A stretch of DNA of 64,000 nt from the human T2T-CHM13v2.0 reference genome, Homo sapiens (GCF_009914755.1 NC_060933.1), one strand, 5' to 3'; numbered from the stretch's first letter, positions 13,172 to 28,138 are shown. A program made the numbers and translations. The notes: generated from the letters alone by a model not told the origin.

Positions 13172-16100
13172 CATTCTCAGAAACTTCTTTGTGCTGTATG
13201 TCCTCAATTAACAGAGTTGAACCTTTGTGTGGATACAGCATTTTGGAAACATTCCTTTAGTAGAATCTGCAACTTGATATTTAGATAGCTAGGAAGATTT
13301 CCTTGGAAACGGGAATATCTTCATATAAAATCTAGACGGAAGCATTCTCAGAAAGTGCTTTGTGATGTTTGCATTCAAGTCACAGAGTTGAATATTCCCT
13401 TTTATAGAGCAGGTTTGAAACACTCTTTCTGCACTACCTGGAAGTGGACATTTGGAGCGCTTTGAGGCCTATGTTGAAAAAGGAAATATCTTCCCATAAA
13501 AACTAGACAGAAGCATTCTCAGAAACTTGTTTGTGATGTGTGTATTCAACTAACAGAGATGAACCTTTCTTTTTACAGAGCAGTTTTGAAACACTCTTTT
13601 TGTGGAATCTGAAAGTGGATATTTGGATAGCTTTGAGGATTTCGTTGGAAACGGGATTACATATAAAACCTAGAGAGAAGCATTCTCAGGAACTTCTTTG
13701 TGATGTTTGCATTCAAGTCACAGAACTGAACATTCCCTTTCATAGAGCAGGTTTGAAACACTCTTTCTGTAGTATCTGCAAGCTGACGTTTCAAGCGCTT
13801 TCAGGCCTATGGTGAGAAAGGAAATATCTTCAAGTAAAAACTAGACAGAAGCATTCTCAGAAACTTATTTGCCATGTGTGTTCTCAACTAACAGAGTTGA
13901 ACCTTTGTTTTGATACGGCATTTTGGAAACACTCTTTTTGTAGAATCTGCAGGTGGATATTCGGATAGCTTTGAAGGTTTCTTTGGAAACGGGAATATCT
14001 TCATATAAAATCTAGACGGAAGCATTCTCAGAAACTGCTTTGTGATGTTTTCATTCAAGTCACAGAGTAGATGTTCCCTGTTATATACCAGGTTTGAGAC
14101 ACTCTTTCTGCACTACCTGGAAGTGGACGTTTGGAGCGCTTTGAGGCCTATGTTGAAAAAGGAAATATCTTCCCATAAAAACTAGACAGAAGCATTCTCA
14201 GAAACTTGTTTGTGATGTGTGTATTCAACTAACAGAGATGAACCTTTCTTTTTACAGAGCAGTTTTGAAACACTCTTTTTGTGGAATGTGAAAGTGGTTA
14301 TTTGGATAGCTTTGAGGATTTCGTTTGAAAAGGGATTACATATAAAATCTAGAGAAAAGCATTCTCAGGAACTTCTTTGTGATGTTTGCATTCACGTCAC
14401 AAAACTGAACATTCCCTTTCATAGAGCATGTTTGAAACACTCTTTCTGTAGTATCTGCAAACGGACATTTCAAACGCTTTCAGGCCTATGGTGAGAAAGG
14501 AAATATCTTCAAATAAAAACTAGACAGAAGCATTCTCAGAAACTTATTTGCGATGTGTGTCCTCAACTAACAGAGTTGAACCTTTCTTTTGATACAACAT
14601 TTTGGAACCACTCTTTTTGTAGAATCTGCAAGTGGATATTTGGATAGCTTTGAAGGTTTCGTTGGAAACGGGAATATCTTCATATAAAATCAAGACAGAA
14701 GCATTCTCAGAAACTTCTCTGTGATGTTTGCATTCAACTCATAGAGTTGAACACTTCCCTTCATACAGCAGGTTTGAAACACTCTTTTTGTAATATTTAG
14801 AAGTGGACATTTGCAGCGCTTTGAGACCTATGATGAAAAAGGAAATATCTTCCCATAAAAACTAGACAGAAGCATTCTCAGAAACTTGTTTGTGATGTGT
14901 GTATTCAACTAACAGAGATGAACCTTTCTTTTTACAGAGCAGTTTTGAAACACTCTTTTTGTGGAATCTGAAAGTGGATATTTGGATAGCTTTGCGGATT
15001 TCGTTGGAAACGGGATTACATATAAAATCTAGGGAGAAGCATTCTCAGGAACTTCTTTGTGATGTTTGCATTCAAGTCACAGAACTGAACATTCCCTTTC
15101 ATAGAGCAGGTTTGAAACACTCTTTCTGTAGTATCTGCAAGCGGACGTTTCAAGCGCTTTCAGGCCTGTGGTGAAAAAGGAAATATCTTCAAGTAAAAAC
15201 TAGACAGAAGCATTCTCAGAAACTTATTTGCGATGTGTGTTCTCAACTAAAAGAGTTGAACCTTTGTTTGGATACAGCACTTTGGAAACACTCTTTTTGT
15301 AGAATCTGCAAGTGGATATTTGGATAGCTTTGAAGGTTTCGTTGGAAACGGGAATATCTTCATATAAAATCAAGACAGAAGCATTCTCAGAAACTTCTCT
15401 GTGATGTTTGCATTCAACTCATAGAGTTGAACACTTCCCTTCATACAGCAGGTTTGAAACACTCTTTTTCTAATATTTGGAAGTGGACATTTGCAGCGCT
15501 TTGAGGCCTATGTTGAAAAAGGAAATATCTTCTCCTAAAAACAAGACAGAAGCATTCTCAGAAACTTCCTTGTGATGTGTGTACTCAAGTAACAGAGTTG
15601 AACCTTCCTTTTGACAGAGCAGTTTTGAAGCACTCTTTTTGTAGAATCTGCAAGTGGATATTTTGATACCTTTGAGGATTTCGTTGGACACGGGATATCT
15701 TCATATAAAATCTAGACAGAAGCATTCTCAGAAACTTCTTTGTGCTGTATGTCCTCAATTAACAGAGTTGAACCTTTGTGTGGATACAGCATTTTGGAAA
15801 CATTCCTTTAGTAGAATCTGCAACTTGATATTTAGATAGCTAGGAAGATTTCCTTGGAAACGGGAATATCTTCATATAAAATGTAGACGGAAGCATTCTC
15901 AGAAAGTGCTTTGTGATGTTTGCATTCAAGTCACAGAGTTGAATATTCCCTTTTATAGAGCAGGTTTGAAACACTCTTTCTGCACTACCTGGAAGTGGAC
16001 ATTTGGAGCGCTTTGAGGCCTATGTAGAAAAAGGAAATATCTTCCCATAAAAACTAGACAGAAGCATTGTCAGAAACTTGTTTGTGATGTGTGTATTCAA

Positions 16101-18273
16101 CTAACAGAGATGAACCTTTCTTTTTACAGAGCAGTTTTGAAACACTCTTTTTGTGGAATCTGAAAGTGGATATTTGGATAGCTTTGAGGATTTCGTTGGA
16201 AACGGGATTACATATAAAACCTAGAGAGAAGCATTCTCAGGAACTTCTTTGTGATGTTTGCATTCAAGTCACAGAACTGAACATTCCCTTTCATAGAGCA
16301 GGTTTGAAACACTCTTTCTGTAGTATCTGCAAGCTGACGTTTCAAGCGCTTTCAGGCCTATGGTGAGAAAGGAAATATCTTCAAGTAAAAACTAGACAGA
16401 AGCATTCTCAGAAACTTATTTGCCATGTGTGTTCTCAACTAACAGAGTTGAACCTTTGTTTTGATACGGCATTTTGGAAACACTCTTTTTGTAGAATCTG
16501 CAGGTGGATATTCGGATAGCTTTGAAGGTTTCGTTGGAAACGGGAATATCTTCATATAAAATCTAGACGGAAGCATTCTCAGAAACTGCTTTGTGATGTT
16601 TTCATTCAAGTCACAGAGTAGATGTTCCCTGTTATATACCAGGTTTGAGACACTCTTTCTGCACTACCTGGAAGTGGACGTTTGGAGCGCTTTGAGGCCT
16701 ATGTTGAAAAAGGAAATATCTTCCCATAAAAACTAGACAGAAGCATTCTCAGAAACTTGTTTGTGATGTGTGTATTCAACTAACAGAGATGAACCTTTCT
16801 TTTTACAGAGCAGTTTTGAAACACTCTTTTTGTGGAATCTGAAAGTGGTTATTTGGATAGCTTTGAGGATTTCGTTTGAAAAGGGATTACATATAAAATC
16901 TAGAGAAAAGCATTCTCAGGAACTTCTTTGTGATGTTTGCATTCACGTCACAAAACTGAACATTCCCTTTCATAGAGCATGTTTGAAACACTCTTTCTGT
17001 AGTATCTGCAAACGGACATTTCAAACGCTTTCAGGCCTATGGTGAGAAAGGAAATATCTTCAAATAAAAACTAGACAGAAGCATTCTCAGAAACTTATTT
17101 GCGATGTGTGTCCTCAACTAACAGAGTTGAACCTTTCTTTTGATACAACATTTTGGAACCACTCTTTTTGTAGAATCTGCAAGTGGATATTTGGATAGCT
17201 TTGAAGGTTTCGTTGGAAACGGGAATATCTTCATATAAAATCAAGACAGAAGCATTCTCAGAAACTTCTCTGTGATGTTTGCATTCAACTCATAGAGTTG
17301 AACACTTCCCTTCATACAGCAGGTTTGAAACACTCTTTTTGTAATATTTGGAAGTGGACATTTGCAGCGCTTTGAGACCTATGATGAAAAAGGAAATATC
17401 TTCCCATAAAAACTAGACAGAAGCATTCTCAGAAACTTGTTTGTGATGTGTGTATTCAACTAACAGAGATGAACCTTTCTTTTTACAGAGCAGTTTTGAA
17501 ACACTCTTTTTGTGGAATCTGAAAGTGGATATTTGGATAGCTTTGCGGATTTCGTTGGAAACGGGATTACATATAAAATCTAGGGAGAAGCATTCTCAGG
17601 AACTTCTTTGTGATGTTTGCATTCAAGTCACAGAACTGAACATTCCCTTTCATAGAGCAGGTTTGAAACACTCTTTCTGTAGTATCTGCAAGCGGACGTT
17701 TCAAGCGCTTTCAGGCCTGTGGTGAAAAAGGAAATATCTTCAAGTAAAAACTAGACAGAAGCATTCTCAGAAACTTATTTGCGATGTGTGTTCTCAACTA
17801 AAAGAGTTGAACCTTTGTTTGGATACAGCACTTTGGAAACACTCTTTTTGTAGAATCTGCAAGTGGATATTTGGATAGCTTTGAAGGTTTCGTTGGAAAC
17901 GGGAATATCTTCATATAAAATCAAGACAGAAGCATTCTCAGAAACTTCTCTGTGATGTTTGCATTCAACTCATAGAGTTGAACACTTCCCTTCATACAGC
18001 AGGTTTGAAACACTCTTTTTCTAATATTTGGAAGTGGACATTTGCAGCGCTTTGAGGCCTATGTTGAAAAAGGAAATATCTTCTCCTAAAAACCAGACAG
18101 AAGCATTCTCAGAAACTTCCTTGTGATGTGTGTACTCAAGTAACAGAGTTGAACCTTCCTTTTGACAGAGCAGTTTTGAAGCACTCTTTTTGTAGAATCT
18201 GCAAGTGGATATTTTGATACCTTTGAGGATTTCGTTGGACACGGGATATCTTCATATAAAATCTAGACAGAAG

Positions 18274-19465
18274 CATTCTCAGAAACTTCTTTGTGCTGTA
18301 TGTCCTCAATTAACAGAGTTGAACCTTTGTGTGGATACAGCATTTTGGAAACATTCCTTTAGTAGAATCTGCAAGTTGATATTTAGATAGCTAGGAAGAT
18401 TTCCTTGGAAACGGGAATATCTTCATATAAAATCTAGACGGAAGCATTCTCAGAAAGTGCTTTGTGATGTTTGCATTCAAGTCACAGAGTTGAATATTCC
18501 CTTTTATAGAGCAGGTTTGAAACACTCTTTCTGCACTACCTGGAAGTGGACATTTGGAGCGCTTTGAGGCCTATGTAGAAAAAGGAAATATCTTCCCATA
18601 AAAACTAGACAGAAGCATTGTCAGAAACTTGTTTGTGATGTGTGTATTCAACTAACAGAGATGAACCTTTCTTTTTACAGAGCAGTTTTGAAACACTGTT
18701 TTTGTGGAATCTGAAAGTGGATATTAGGATAGCTTTGAGGATTTCGTTGGAAACGGGATTACATATAAAACCTAGAGAGAAGCATTCTCAGGAATTTCTT
18801 TGTGATGTTTGCATTCAAGTCACAGAACTGAACATTCCCTTTCATAGAGCAGGTTTGAAACACTCTTTCTGTAGTATCTGCAAGCTGACGTTTCAAGCGC
18901 TTTCAGGCCTATGGTGAGAAAGGAAATATCTTCAAGTAAAAACTAGACAGAAGCATTCTCAGAAACTTATTTGCCATGTGTGTTCTCAACTAACAGAGTT
19001 GAACCTTTGTTTTGATGCGGCATTTTGGAAACACTCTTTTTGTAGAATCTGCAGGTGGATATTCGGATAGCTTTGAAGGTTTCGTTGGAAACGGGAATAT
19101 CTTCATATAAAATCTAGACGGAAGCATTCTCAGAAACTGCTTTGTGATGTTTTCATTCAAGTCACAGAGTAGAATGTTCCCTGTTATATACCAGGTTTGA
19201 GACACTCTTTCTGCACTACCTGGAAGTGGACGTTTGGAGCGCTTTGAGGCCTATGTTGAAAAAGGAAATATCTTCCCATAAAAACTAGACAGAAGCATTC
19301 TCAGAAACTTGTTTGTGATGTGTGTATTCAACTAACAGAGATGAACCTTTCTTTTTACAGAGCAGTTTTGAAACACTCTTTTTGTGGAATCTGAAAGTGG
19401 ATATTTGGATAGCTTTGAGGATTTCGTTGGACACGGGATATCTTCATATAAAATCTAGACAGAAG
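18274..19465 (+). repeat. Non-canonical 7-mer ending in an a/e hybrid monomer (19296-19465)
   Basis: The monomer begins as a (AGAGATGAAC, TGGAATCTGAAAG), ends as e (GGACACGGGATATC), and is followed by f. Confidence 0.9.
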
Positions 19466-22400
19466 CATTCTCAGAAACTTCTTTGTGCTGTATGTCCTCA
19501 ATTAACAGAGTTGAACCTTTGTGTGGATACAGCATTTTGGAAACATTCCTTTAGTAGAATCTGCAAGTTGATATTTAGATAGCTAGGAAGATTTCCTTGG
19601 AAACGGGAATATCTTCATATAAAATCTAGCCGGAACCATTCTCAGAAAGTGCTTTGTGATGTTTGCATTCAAGTCACAGAGTTGAATATTCCCTTTTATA
19701 GAGCAGGTTTGAAACACTCTTTCTGCACTACCTGGAAGTGGACATTTGGAGCGCTTTGAGGCCTATGTTGAAAAAGGAAATATCTTCCCATAAAAACTAG
19801 ACGGAAGCATTCTCAGAAACTTGTTTGTGATGTGTGTATTCAACTAACAGAGATGAACCTTTCTTTTTACAGAGCAGTTTTGAAACACTCTTTTTGTGGA
19901 ATCTGAAAGTGGATATTTGGATAGCTTTGAGGATTTCGTTGGAAACGGGATTACATATAAAACCTAGAGAGAAGCATTCTCAGGAACTTCTTTGTGATGT
20001 TTGCATTCAAGTCACAGAACTGAACATTCCCTTTCATAGAGCAGGTTTGAAACACTTTCTGTAGTATCTGCAAGCTGACGTTTCAAGCGCTTTCAGGCCT
20101 ATGGTGAGAAAGGAAATATCTTCAAGTAAAAACTAGACAGAAGCATTCTCAGAAACTTATTTGCCATGTGTGTTCTCAACTAACAGAGTTGAACCTTTGT
20201 TTTGATACGGCATTTTGGAAACACTCTTTTTGAAGAACCTACAGGTGGATATTCGGATAGCTTTGAAGGTTTCGTTGGAAACGGGAATATCTTCATATAA
20301 AATCTAGACGGAAGCATTCTCAGAAACTGCTTTGTGATGTTTTCATTCAAGTCACAGAGTAGATGTTCCCTGTTATATACCAGGTTTGAGACACTCTTTC
20401 TGCACTACCTGGAAGTGGACGTTTGGAGCGCTTTGAGGCCTATGTTGAAAAAGGAAATATCTTCCCATAAAAACTAGACAGAAGCATTCTCAAAAACTTG
20501 TTTGTGATGTGTGTATTCAACTAACAGAGATGAACCTTTCTTTTTACAGAGCAGTTTTGAAACACTCTTTTTGTGGAATCTGAAAGTGGTTATTTGGATA
20601 GCTTTGAGGATTTCGTTTGAAAAGGGATTACATATAAAATCTAGAGAAAAGCATTCTCAGGAACTTCTTTGTGATGTTTGCATTAACGTCACAAAACTGA
20701 ACATTCCCTTTCATAGAGCATGTTTGAAACACTCTTTCTGTAGTATCTGCAAACGGACATTTCAAACGCTTTCAGGCCTATGGTGAGAAAGGAAATATCT
20801 TCAAATAAAAACTAGACAGAAGCATTCTCAGAAACTTATTTGCGATGTGTGTCCTCAACTAACAGAGTTGAACCTTTCTTTTGATACAACATTTTGGAAC
20901 CACTCTTTTTGTAGAATCTGCAAGTGGATATTTGGATAGCTTTGAAGGTTTCGTTGGAAACGGGAATATCTTCATATAAAATCAAGAAAGAAGCATTCTC
21001 AGAAACTTCTCTGTGATGTTTGCATTCAACTCATAGAGTTGAACACTTCCCTTCATACAGCAGGTTTGAAACACTCTTTTTGTAATATTTGGAAGTGGAC
21101 ATTTGCAGCGCTTTGAGGCCTATGATGAAAAAGGAAATATCTTCCCATAAAAACTAGACAGAAGCATTCTCAGAAACTTGTTTGTGATGTGTGTATTCAA
21201 CTAACAGAGATGAACCTTTCTTTTTACAGAGCAGTTTTGAAACACTCTTTTTGTGGAATCTGAAAGTGGATATTTGGATAGCTTTGCGGATTTCGTTGGA
21301 AACGGGATTACATATAAAATCTAGGGAGAAGCATTCTCAGGAACTTCTTTGTGATGTTTGCATTCAAGTCACAGAACTGAACATTCCCTTTCATAGAGCA
21401 GGTTTGAAACACTCTTTCTGTAGTATCTGCAAGCGGACGTTTCAAGCGCTTTCAGGCCTGTGGTGAAAAAGGAAATATCTTCAAATAAAAACTAGACAGA
21501 AGCATTCTCAGAAACTTATTTGCGATGTGTGTTCTCAACTAAAAGATTTGAACCTTTGTTTGGATACAGCACTTTGGAAACACTCTTTTTGTAGAATCTG
21601 CAGGTGGATATTCGGATAGCTTTGAAGGTTTCGTTGGAAACGGGAATATCTTCATATAAAATCTAGACGGAAGCATTCTCAGAAACTGCTTTGTGATGTT
21701 TTCATTCAAGTCACAGAGTAGAATGTTCCCTGTTATATACCAGGTTTGAGACACTCTTTCTGCAATACCTGGAAGTGGACGTTTGGAGCGCTTTGAGGCC
21801 TATGTTGAAAAAGGAAATATCTTCCCATAAAAACTAGACAGAAGCATTCTCAGAAACTTGTTTGTGATGTGTGTATTCAACTAAGAGAGATGAACCTTTC
21901 TTTTTACAGAGCAGTTTTGAAACACTCTTTTTGTGGAATCTGAAAGTGGTTATTTGGATAGCTTTGAGGATTTCGTTTGAAACGGGATTACATATAAAAT
22001 CTAGAGAGAAGCATTCTCAGGAACTTCTTTGTGATGTTTGCATTAACGTCACAAAACTGAACATTCCCTTTCATAGAGCATGTTTGAAACACTCTTTCTG
22101 TAGTATCTGCAAACGGACATTTCAAACGCTTTCAGGTCTATGGTGAGAAAGGAAATATCTTCAAGTAAAAACTAGACAGAAGCATTCTCAGAAACTTATT
22201 TGCCATGTGTGTTCTCAACTAACAGAGTTGAACCTTTGTTTTGATACGGCATTTTGGAAACACTCTTTTTGAAGAACCTGCAGGTGGATATTCGGATAGC
22301 TTTGAAGGTTTCGTTGGAAACGGGAATATCTTCATATAAAATCTAGACGGAAGCATTCTCAGAAACTGCTTTGTGATGTTTTCATTCAAGTCACAGAGTA

Positions 22401-24053
22401 GATGTTCCCTGTTATATACCAGGTTTGAGACACTCTTTCTGCACTACCTGGAAGTGGACGTTTGGAGCGCTTTGAGGCCTATGTTGAAAAAGGAAATATC
22501 TTCCCATAAAAACTAGACAGAAGCATTCTCAAAAACTTGTTTGTGATGTGTGTATTCAACTAACAGAGATGAACCTTTCTTTTTACAGAGCAGTTTTGAA
22601 ACACTCTTTTTGTGGAATCTGAAAGTGGTTATTTGGATAGCTTTGAGGATTTCGTTTGAAAAGGGATTACATATAAAATCTAGAGAAAAGCATTCTCAGG
22701 AACTTCTTTGTGATGTTTGCATTAACGTCACAAAACTGAACATTCCCTTTCATAGAGCATGTTTGAAACACTCTTTCTGTAGTATCTGCAAACGGACATT
22801 TCAAACGCTTTCAGGCCTATGGTGAGAAAGGAAATATCTTCAAATAAAAACTAGACAGAAGCATTCTCAGAAACTTATTTGCGATGTGTGTCCTCAACTA
22901 ACAGAGTTGAACCTTTCTTTTGATACAACATTTTGGAACCACTCTTTTTGTAGAATCTGCAAGTGGATATTTGGATAGCTTTGAAGGTTTCGTTGGAAAC
23001 GGGAATATCTTCATATAAAATCAAGACAGAAGCATTCTCAGAAACTTCTCTGTGATGTTTGCATTCAACTCATAGAGTTGAACACTTCCCTTCATACAGC
23101 AGGTTTGAAACACTCTTTTTGTAATATTTGGAAGTGGACATTTGCAGCGCTTTGAGGCCTATGATGAAAAAGGAAATATCTTCCCATAAAAACTAGACAG
23201 AAGCATTCTCAGAAACTTGTTTGTGATGTGTGTATTCAACTAACAGAGATGAACCTTTCTTTTTACAGAGCAGTTTTGAAACACTCTTTTTGTGGAATCT
23301 GAAAGTGGATATTTGGATAGCTTTGCGGATTTCGTTGGAAACGGGATTACATATAAAATCTAGGGAGAAGCATTCTCAGGAACTTCTTTGTGATGTTTGC
23401 ATTCAAGTCACAGAACTGAACATTCCCTTTCATAGAGCAGGTTTGAAACACTCTTTCTGTAGTATCTGCAAGCGGACGTTTCAAGCGCTTTGAGGCCTGT
23501 GGTGAAAAAGGAAATATCTTCAAATAAAAACTAGACAGAAGCATTCTCAGAAACTTATTTGCGATGTGTGTTCTCAACTAAAAGAGTTGAACCTTTGTTT
23601 GGATACAGCACTTTGGAAACACTCTTTTTGTAGAATCTGCAAGTGGATATTTGGATAGCTTTGAAGGTTTCGTTGGAAACGGGAATATCTTCATATAAAA
23701 TCAAGACAGAAGCATTCTCAGAAACTTCTCTGTGATGTTTGCATTCAACTCATAGAGTTGAACACTTCCCTTCATACAGCAGGTTTGAAACACTCTTTTT
23801 CTAATATTTGGAAGTGGACATTTGCAGCGCTTTGAGGCCTATGTTGAAAAAGGAAATATCTTCTCCTAAAAACCAGACAGAAGCATTCTCAGAAACTTCC
23901 TTGTGATGTGTGTACTCAAGTAACAGAGTTGAACCTTCCTTTTGACAGAGCAGTTTTGAAGCACTCTTTTTGTAGAATCTGCAAGTGGATATTTTGATAC
24001 CTTTGAGGATTTCGTTGGACACGGGATATCTTCATATAAAATCTAGACAGAAG
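19466..24053 (+). repeat. 27-mer variant (3 + six 4-mers)
   Basis: Six a monomers ~680 bp apart (ORF markers 19834-23230) between consecutive f monomers; 4588 bp. Confidence 0.87.
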
Positions 24054-26266
24054 CATTCTCAGAAACTTCTTTGTGCTGTATGTCCTCAATTAACAGAGTT
24101 GAACCTTTGTGTGGATACAGCATTTTGGAAACATTCCTTTAGTAGAATCTGCAAGTTGATATTTAGATAGCTAGGAAGATTTCCTTGGAAACGGGAATAT
24201 CTTCATATAAAATCTAGACGGAAGCATTCTCAGAAAGTGCTTTGTGATGTTTGCATTCAAGTCACAGAGTTGAATATTCCCTTTTATAGAGCAGGTTTGA
24301 AACACTCTTTCTGCACTACCTGGAAGTGGACATTTGGAGCGCTTTGAGGCCTATGTAGAAAAAGGAAATATCTTCCCATAAAAACTAGACAGAAGCATTC
24401 TCAGAAACTTGTTTGTGATGTGTGTATTCAACTAACAGAGATGAACCTTTCTTTTTACAGAGCAGTTTTGAAACACTCTTTTTGTGGAATCTGAAAGTGG
24501 ATATTTGGATAGCTTTGAGGATTTCGTTGGAAACGCGATTACATATAAAAGCTAGAGAGAAGCATTCTCAGGAACTTCTTTGTGATGTTTGCATTCAAGT
24601 CACAGAACTGAACATTCCCTTTCATAGAGCAGGTTTGAAACACTCTTTCTGTAGTATCTGCAAGCTGACGTTTCAAGCGCTTTCAGGCCTATGGTGAGAA
24701 AGGAAATATCTTCAAGTAAAAACTAGACAGAAGCATTCTCAGAAACTTATTTGCCATGTGTGTTCTCAACTAACAGAGTTGAACCTTTGTTTTGATACGG
24801 CATTTTGGAAACACTCTTTTTGTAGAATCTGCAGGTGGATATTCGGATAGCTTTGAAGGTTTCGTTGGAAACGGGAATATCTTCATATAAAATCTAGACG
24901 GAAGCATTCTCAGAAACTGCTTTGTGATGTTTTCATTCAAGTCACAGAGTAGAATGTTCCCTGTTATATACCAGGTTTGAGACACTCTTTCTGCACTACC
25001 TGGAAGTGGACGTTTGGAGCGCTTTGAGGCCTATGTTGAAAAAGGAAATATCTTCCCATAAAAACTAGACAGAAGCATTCTCAGAAACTTGTTTGTGATG
25101 TGTGTATTCAACTAAGAGAGATGAACCTTTCTTTTTACAGAGCAGTTTTGAAACACTCTTTTTGTGGAATCTGAAAGTGGATATTTGGATAGCTTTGAGG
25201 ATTTCGTTGGAAACGGGATTACATATAAAACCTAGAGAGAAGCATTCTCAGGAACTTCTTTGTGATGTTTGCATTCAAGTCACAGAACTCAACATTCCCT
25301 TTCATAGAGCAGGTTTGAAACACTCTTTCTGTAGTATCTGCAAGCTGACGTTTCAAGCGCTTTCAGGCCTATGGTGAGAAAGGAAATATCTTCAAGTAAA
25401 AACTAGACAGAAGCATTCTCAGAAACTTATTTGCCATGTGTGTTCTCAACTAACAGAGTTGAACCTTTGTTTTGATACGGCATTTTGGAAACACTCTTTT
25501 TGTAGAATCTGCAGGTGGATATTCGGATAGCTTTGAAGGTTTCGTTGGAAACGGGAATATCTTCATATAAAATCTAGACGGAAGCATTCTCAGAAACTGC
25601 TTTGTGATGTTTTCATTCAAGTCACAGAGTAGATGTTCCCTGTTATATACCAGGTTTGAGACACTCTTTCTGCACTACCTGGAAGTGGACGTTTGGAGCG
25701 CTTTGAGGCCTATGTTGAAAAAGGAAATATCTTCCCATAAAAACTAGACAGAAGCATTCTCAGAAACTTGTTTGTGATGTGTGTATTCAACTAAGAGAGA
25801 TGAACCTTTCTTTTTACAGAGCAGTTTTGAAACACTCTTTTTGTGGAATCTGAAAGTGGATATTTGGATAGCTTTGAAGGTTTCGTTGGAAACGGGAATA
25901 TATTCATATAAAATCAAGACAGAAACATTCTCAGAAACTTCTCTGTGATGTTTGCATTCAACTCATAGAGTTGAACACTTCCCTTCATACAGCAGGTTTG
26001 AAACACTCTTTTTCTAATATTTGGAAGTGGACATTTGCAGCGCTTTGAGGCCTATGTTGAAAAAGGAAATATCTTCTCCTGAAAACCAGACAGAAGCATT
26101 CTCAGAAACTTCCTTGTGATGTGTGTACTCAAGTAACAGAGTTGAACCTTCCTTTTGAAAGAGCAGTTTTGAAGCACTCTTTTTGTAGAATCTGCACGTG
26201 GATATTTTGATACCTTTGAGGATTTCGTTGGACACGGGATATCTTCATATAAAATCTAGACAGAAG
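24054..26266 (+). repeat. 13-mer variant with an a/c hybrid monomer (25755-25925)
   Basis: 2213 bp. The monomer begins as a, ends as c (GAAGGTTTCG...AATCAAGAC), and is followed by d. Confidence 0.87.
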
Positions 26267-28138
26267 CATTCTCAGAAACTTCTTTGTGCTGTATGTCCTC
26301 AATTAACAGAGTTGAACCTTTGTGTGGATACAGCATTTTGGAAACATTCCTTTAGTAGAATCTGCAAGTTGATATTTAGATAGCTAGGAAGATTTCCTTG
26401 GAAACGGGAATATCTTCATATAAAATCTAGACGGAAGCATTCTCAGAAAGTGCTTTGTGATGTTTGCATTCAAGTCACAGAGTTGAATATTCCCTTTTAT
26501 AGAGCAGGTTTGAAACACTTTTTCTGCACTACCTGGAAGTGGACATTTGGAGCGCTTTGAGGCCTATGTTGAAAAAGGAAATATCTTCCCATAAAAACTA
26601 GACAGAAGCATTCTCAGAAACTTGTTTGTGATGTGTGTATTCAACTAACAGAGATGAACCTTTCTTTTTACAGAGCAGTTTTGAAACACTCTTTTTGTGG
26701 AATCTTAAAGTGGATATTTGGATAGCTTTGAGGATTTCGTTGGAAACGGGATTACATATAAAACCTAGAGAGAAGCATTCTCAGGAACTTCTTTGTGATG
26801 TTTGCATTCAAGTCACAGAACTGAACATTCCCTTTCATAGAGCAGGTTTGAAACACTCTTTCTGTAGTATCTGCAAGCTGACGTTTCATGCGTTTTCAGG
26901 CCTATGGTGAGAAAGGAAATATCTTCAAGTAAAAACTAGACAGAAGCATTCTCAGAAACTTATTTGCCATGTGTGTTCTCAACTAACAGAGTTGAACCTT
27001 TGTTTTGATACGGCATTTTGGAAACACTCTTTTTGTAGAATCTGCAGGTGGATATTCGGATAGCTTTGAAGGTTTCGTTGGAAACGGGAATATCTTCATA
27101 TAAAATCTAGACGGAAGCATTCTCAGAAACTGCTTTGTGATGTTTTCATTCAAGTCACAGAGTAGAATGTTCCCTGTTATATACCAGGTTTGAGACACTC
27201 TTTCTGCACTACCTGGAAGTGGACGTTTGGAGCGCTTTGAGGCCTATGTTGAAAAAGGAAATATCTTCCCATAAAAACTAGACAGAAGCATTCTCAGAAA
27301 CTTGTTTGTGATGTGTGTATTCAACTAACAGAGATGAACCTTTCTTTTTACAGAGCAGTTTTGAAACACTCTTTTTGTGGAATCTGAAAGTGGATATTTG
27401 GATAGCTTTGAGGATTTCGTTGGAAACGGGATTACATATAAAATCTAGAGAGAAGCATTCTCAGGAACTTCTTTGTGATGTTTGCATTCACGTCACAGAA
27501 CTGAACATTCCCTTTCATAGAGCATGTTTGAAACACTCTTTCTGTAGTATCTGCAAACGGACATTTCAAACGCTTTCAGGCCTATGGTGAGAAAGGAAAT
27601 ATCTTCAAATAAAAACTAGACAGAAGCATTCTCAGAAACTTATTTGTGATGTGTGTCCTCAACTAACAGAGTTGAACCTTTCTTTTGATACAACATTTTG
27701 GAACCACTCTTTTTGTAGAATCTGCAAGTGGATATTTGGATAGCTTTGAAGGTTTCGTTGGAAACGGGAATATCTTCATATAAAATCAAGACAGAAACAT
27801 TCTCAGAAACTTCTCTGTGATGTTTGCATTCAACTCATAGAGTTGAACACTTCCCTTCATACAGCAGGTTTGAAACACTCTTTTTCTAATATTTGGAAGT
27901 GGACATTTGCAGCGCTTTGAGGCCTATGTTGAAAAAGGAAATATCTTCTCCTAAAAACCAGACAGAAGCATTCTCAGAAACTTCCTTGTGATGTGTGTAC
28001 TCAAGTAACAGAGTTGAACCTTCCTTTTGAAAGAGCAGTTTTGAAGCACTCTTTTTGTAGAATCTGCAAGTGGATATTTTGATACCTTTGAGGATTTCGT
28101 TGGACACGGGATATCTTCATATAAAATCTAGACAGAAG

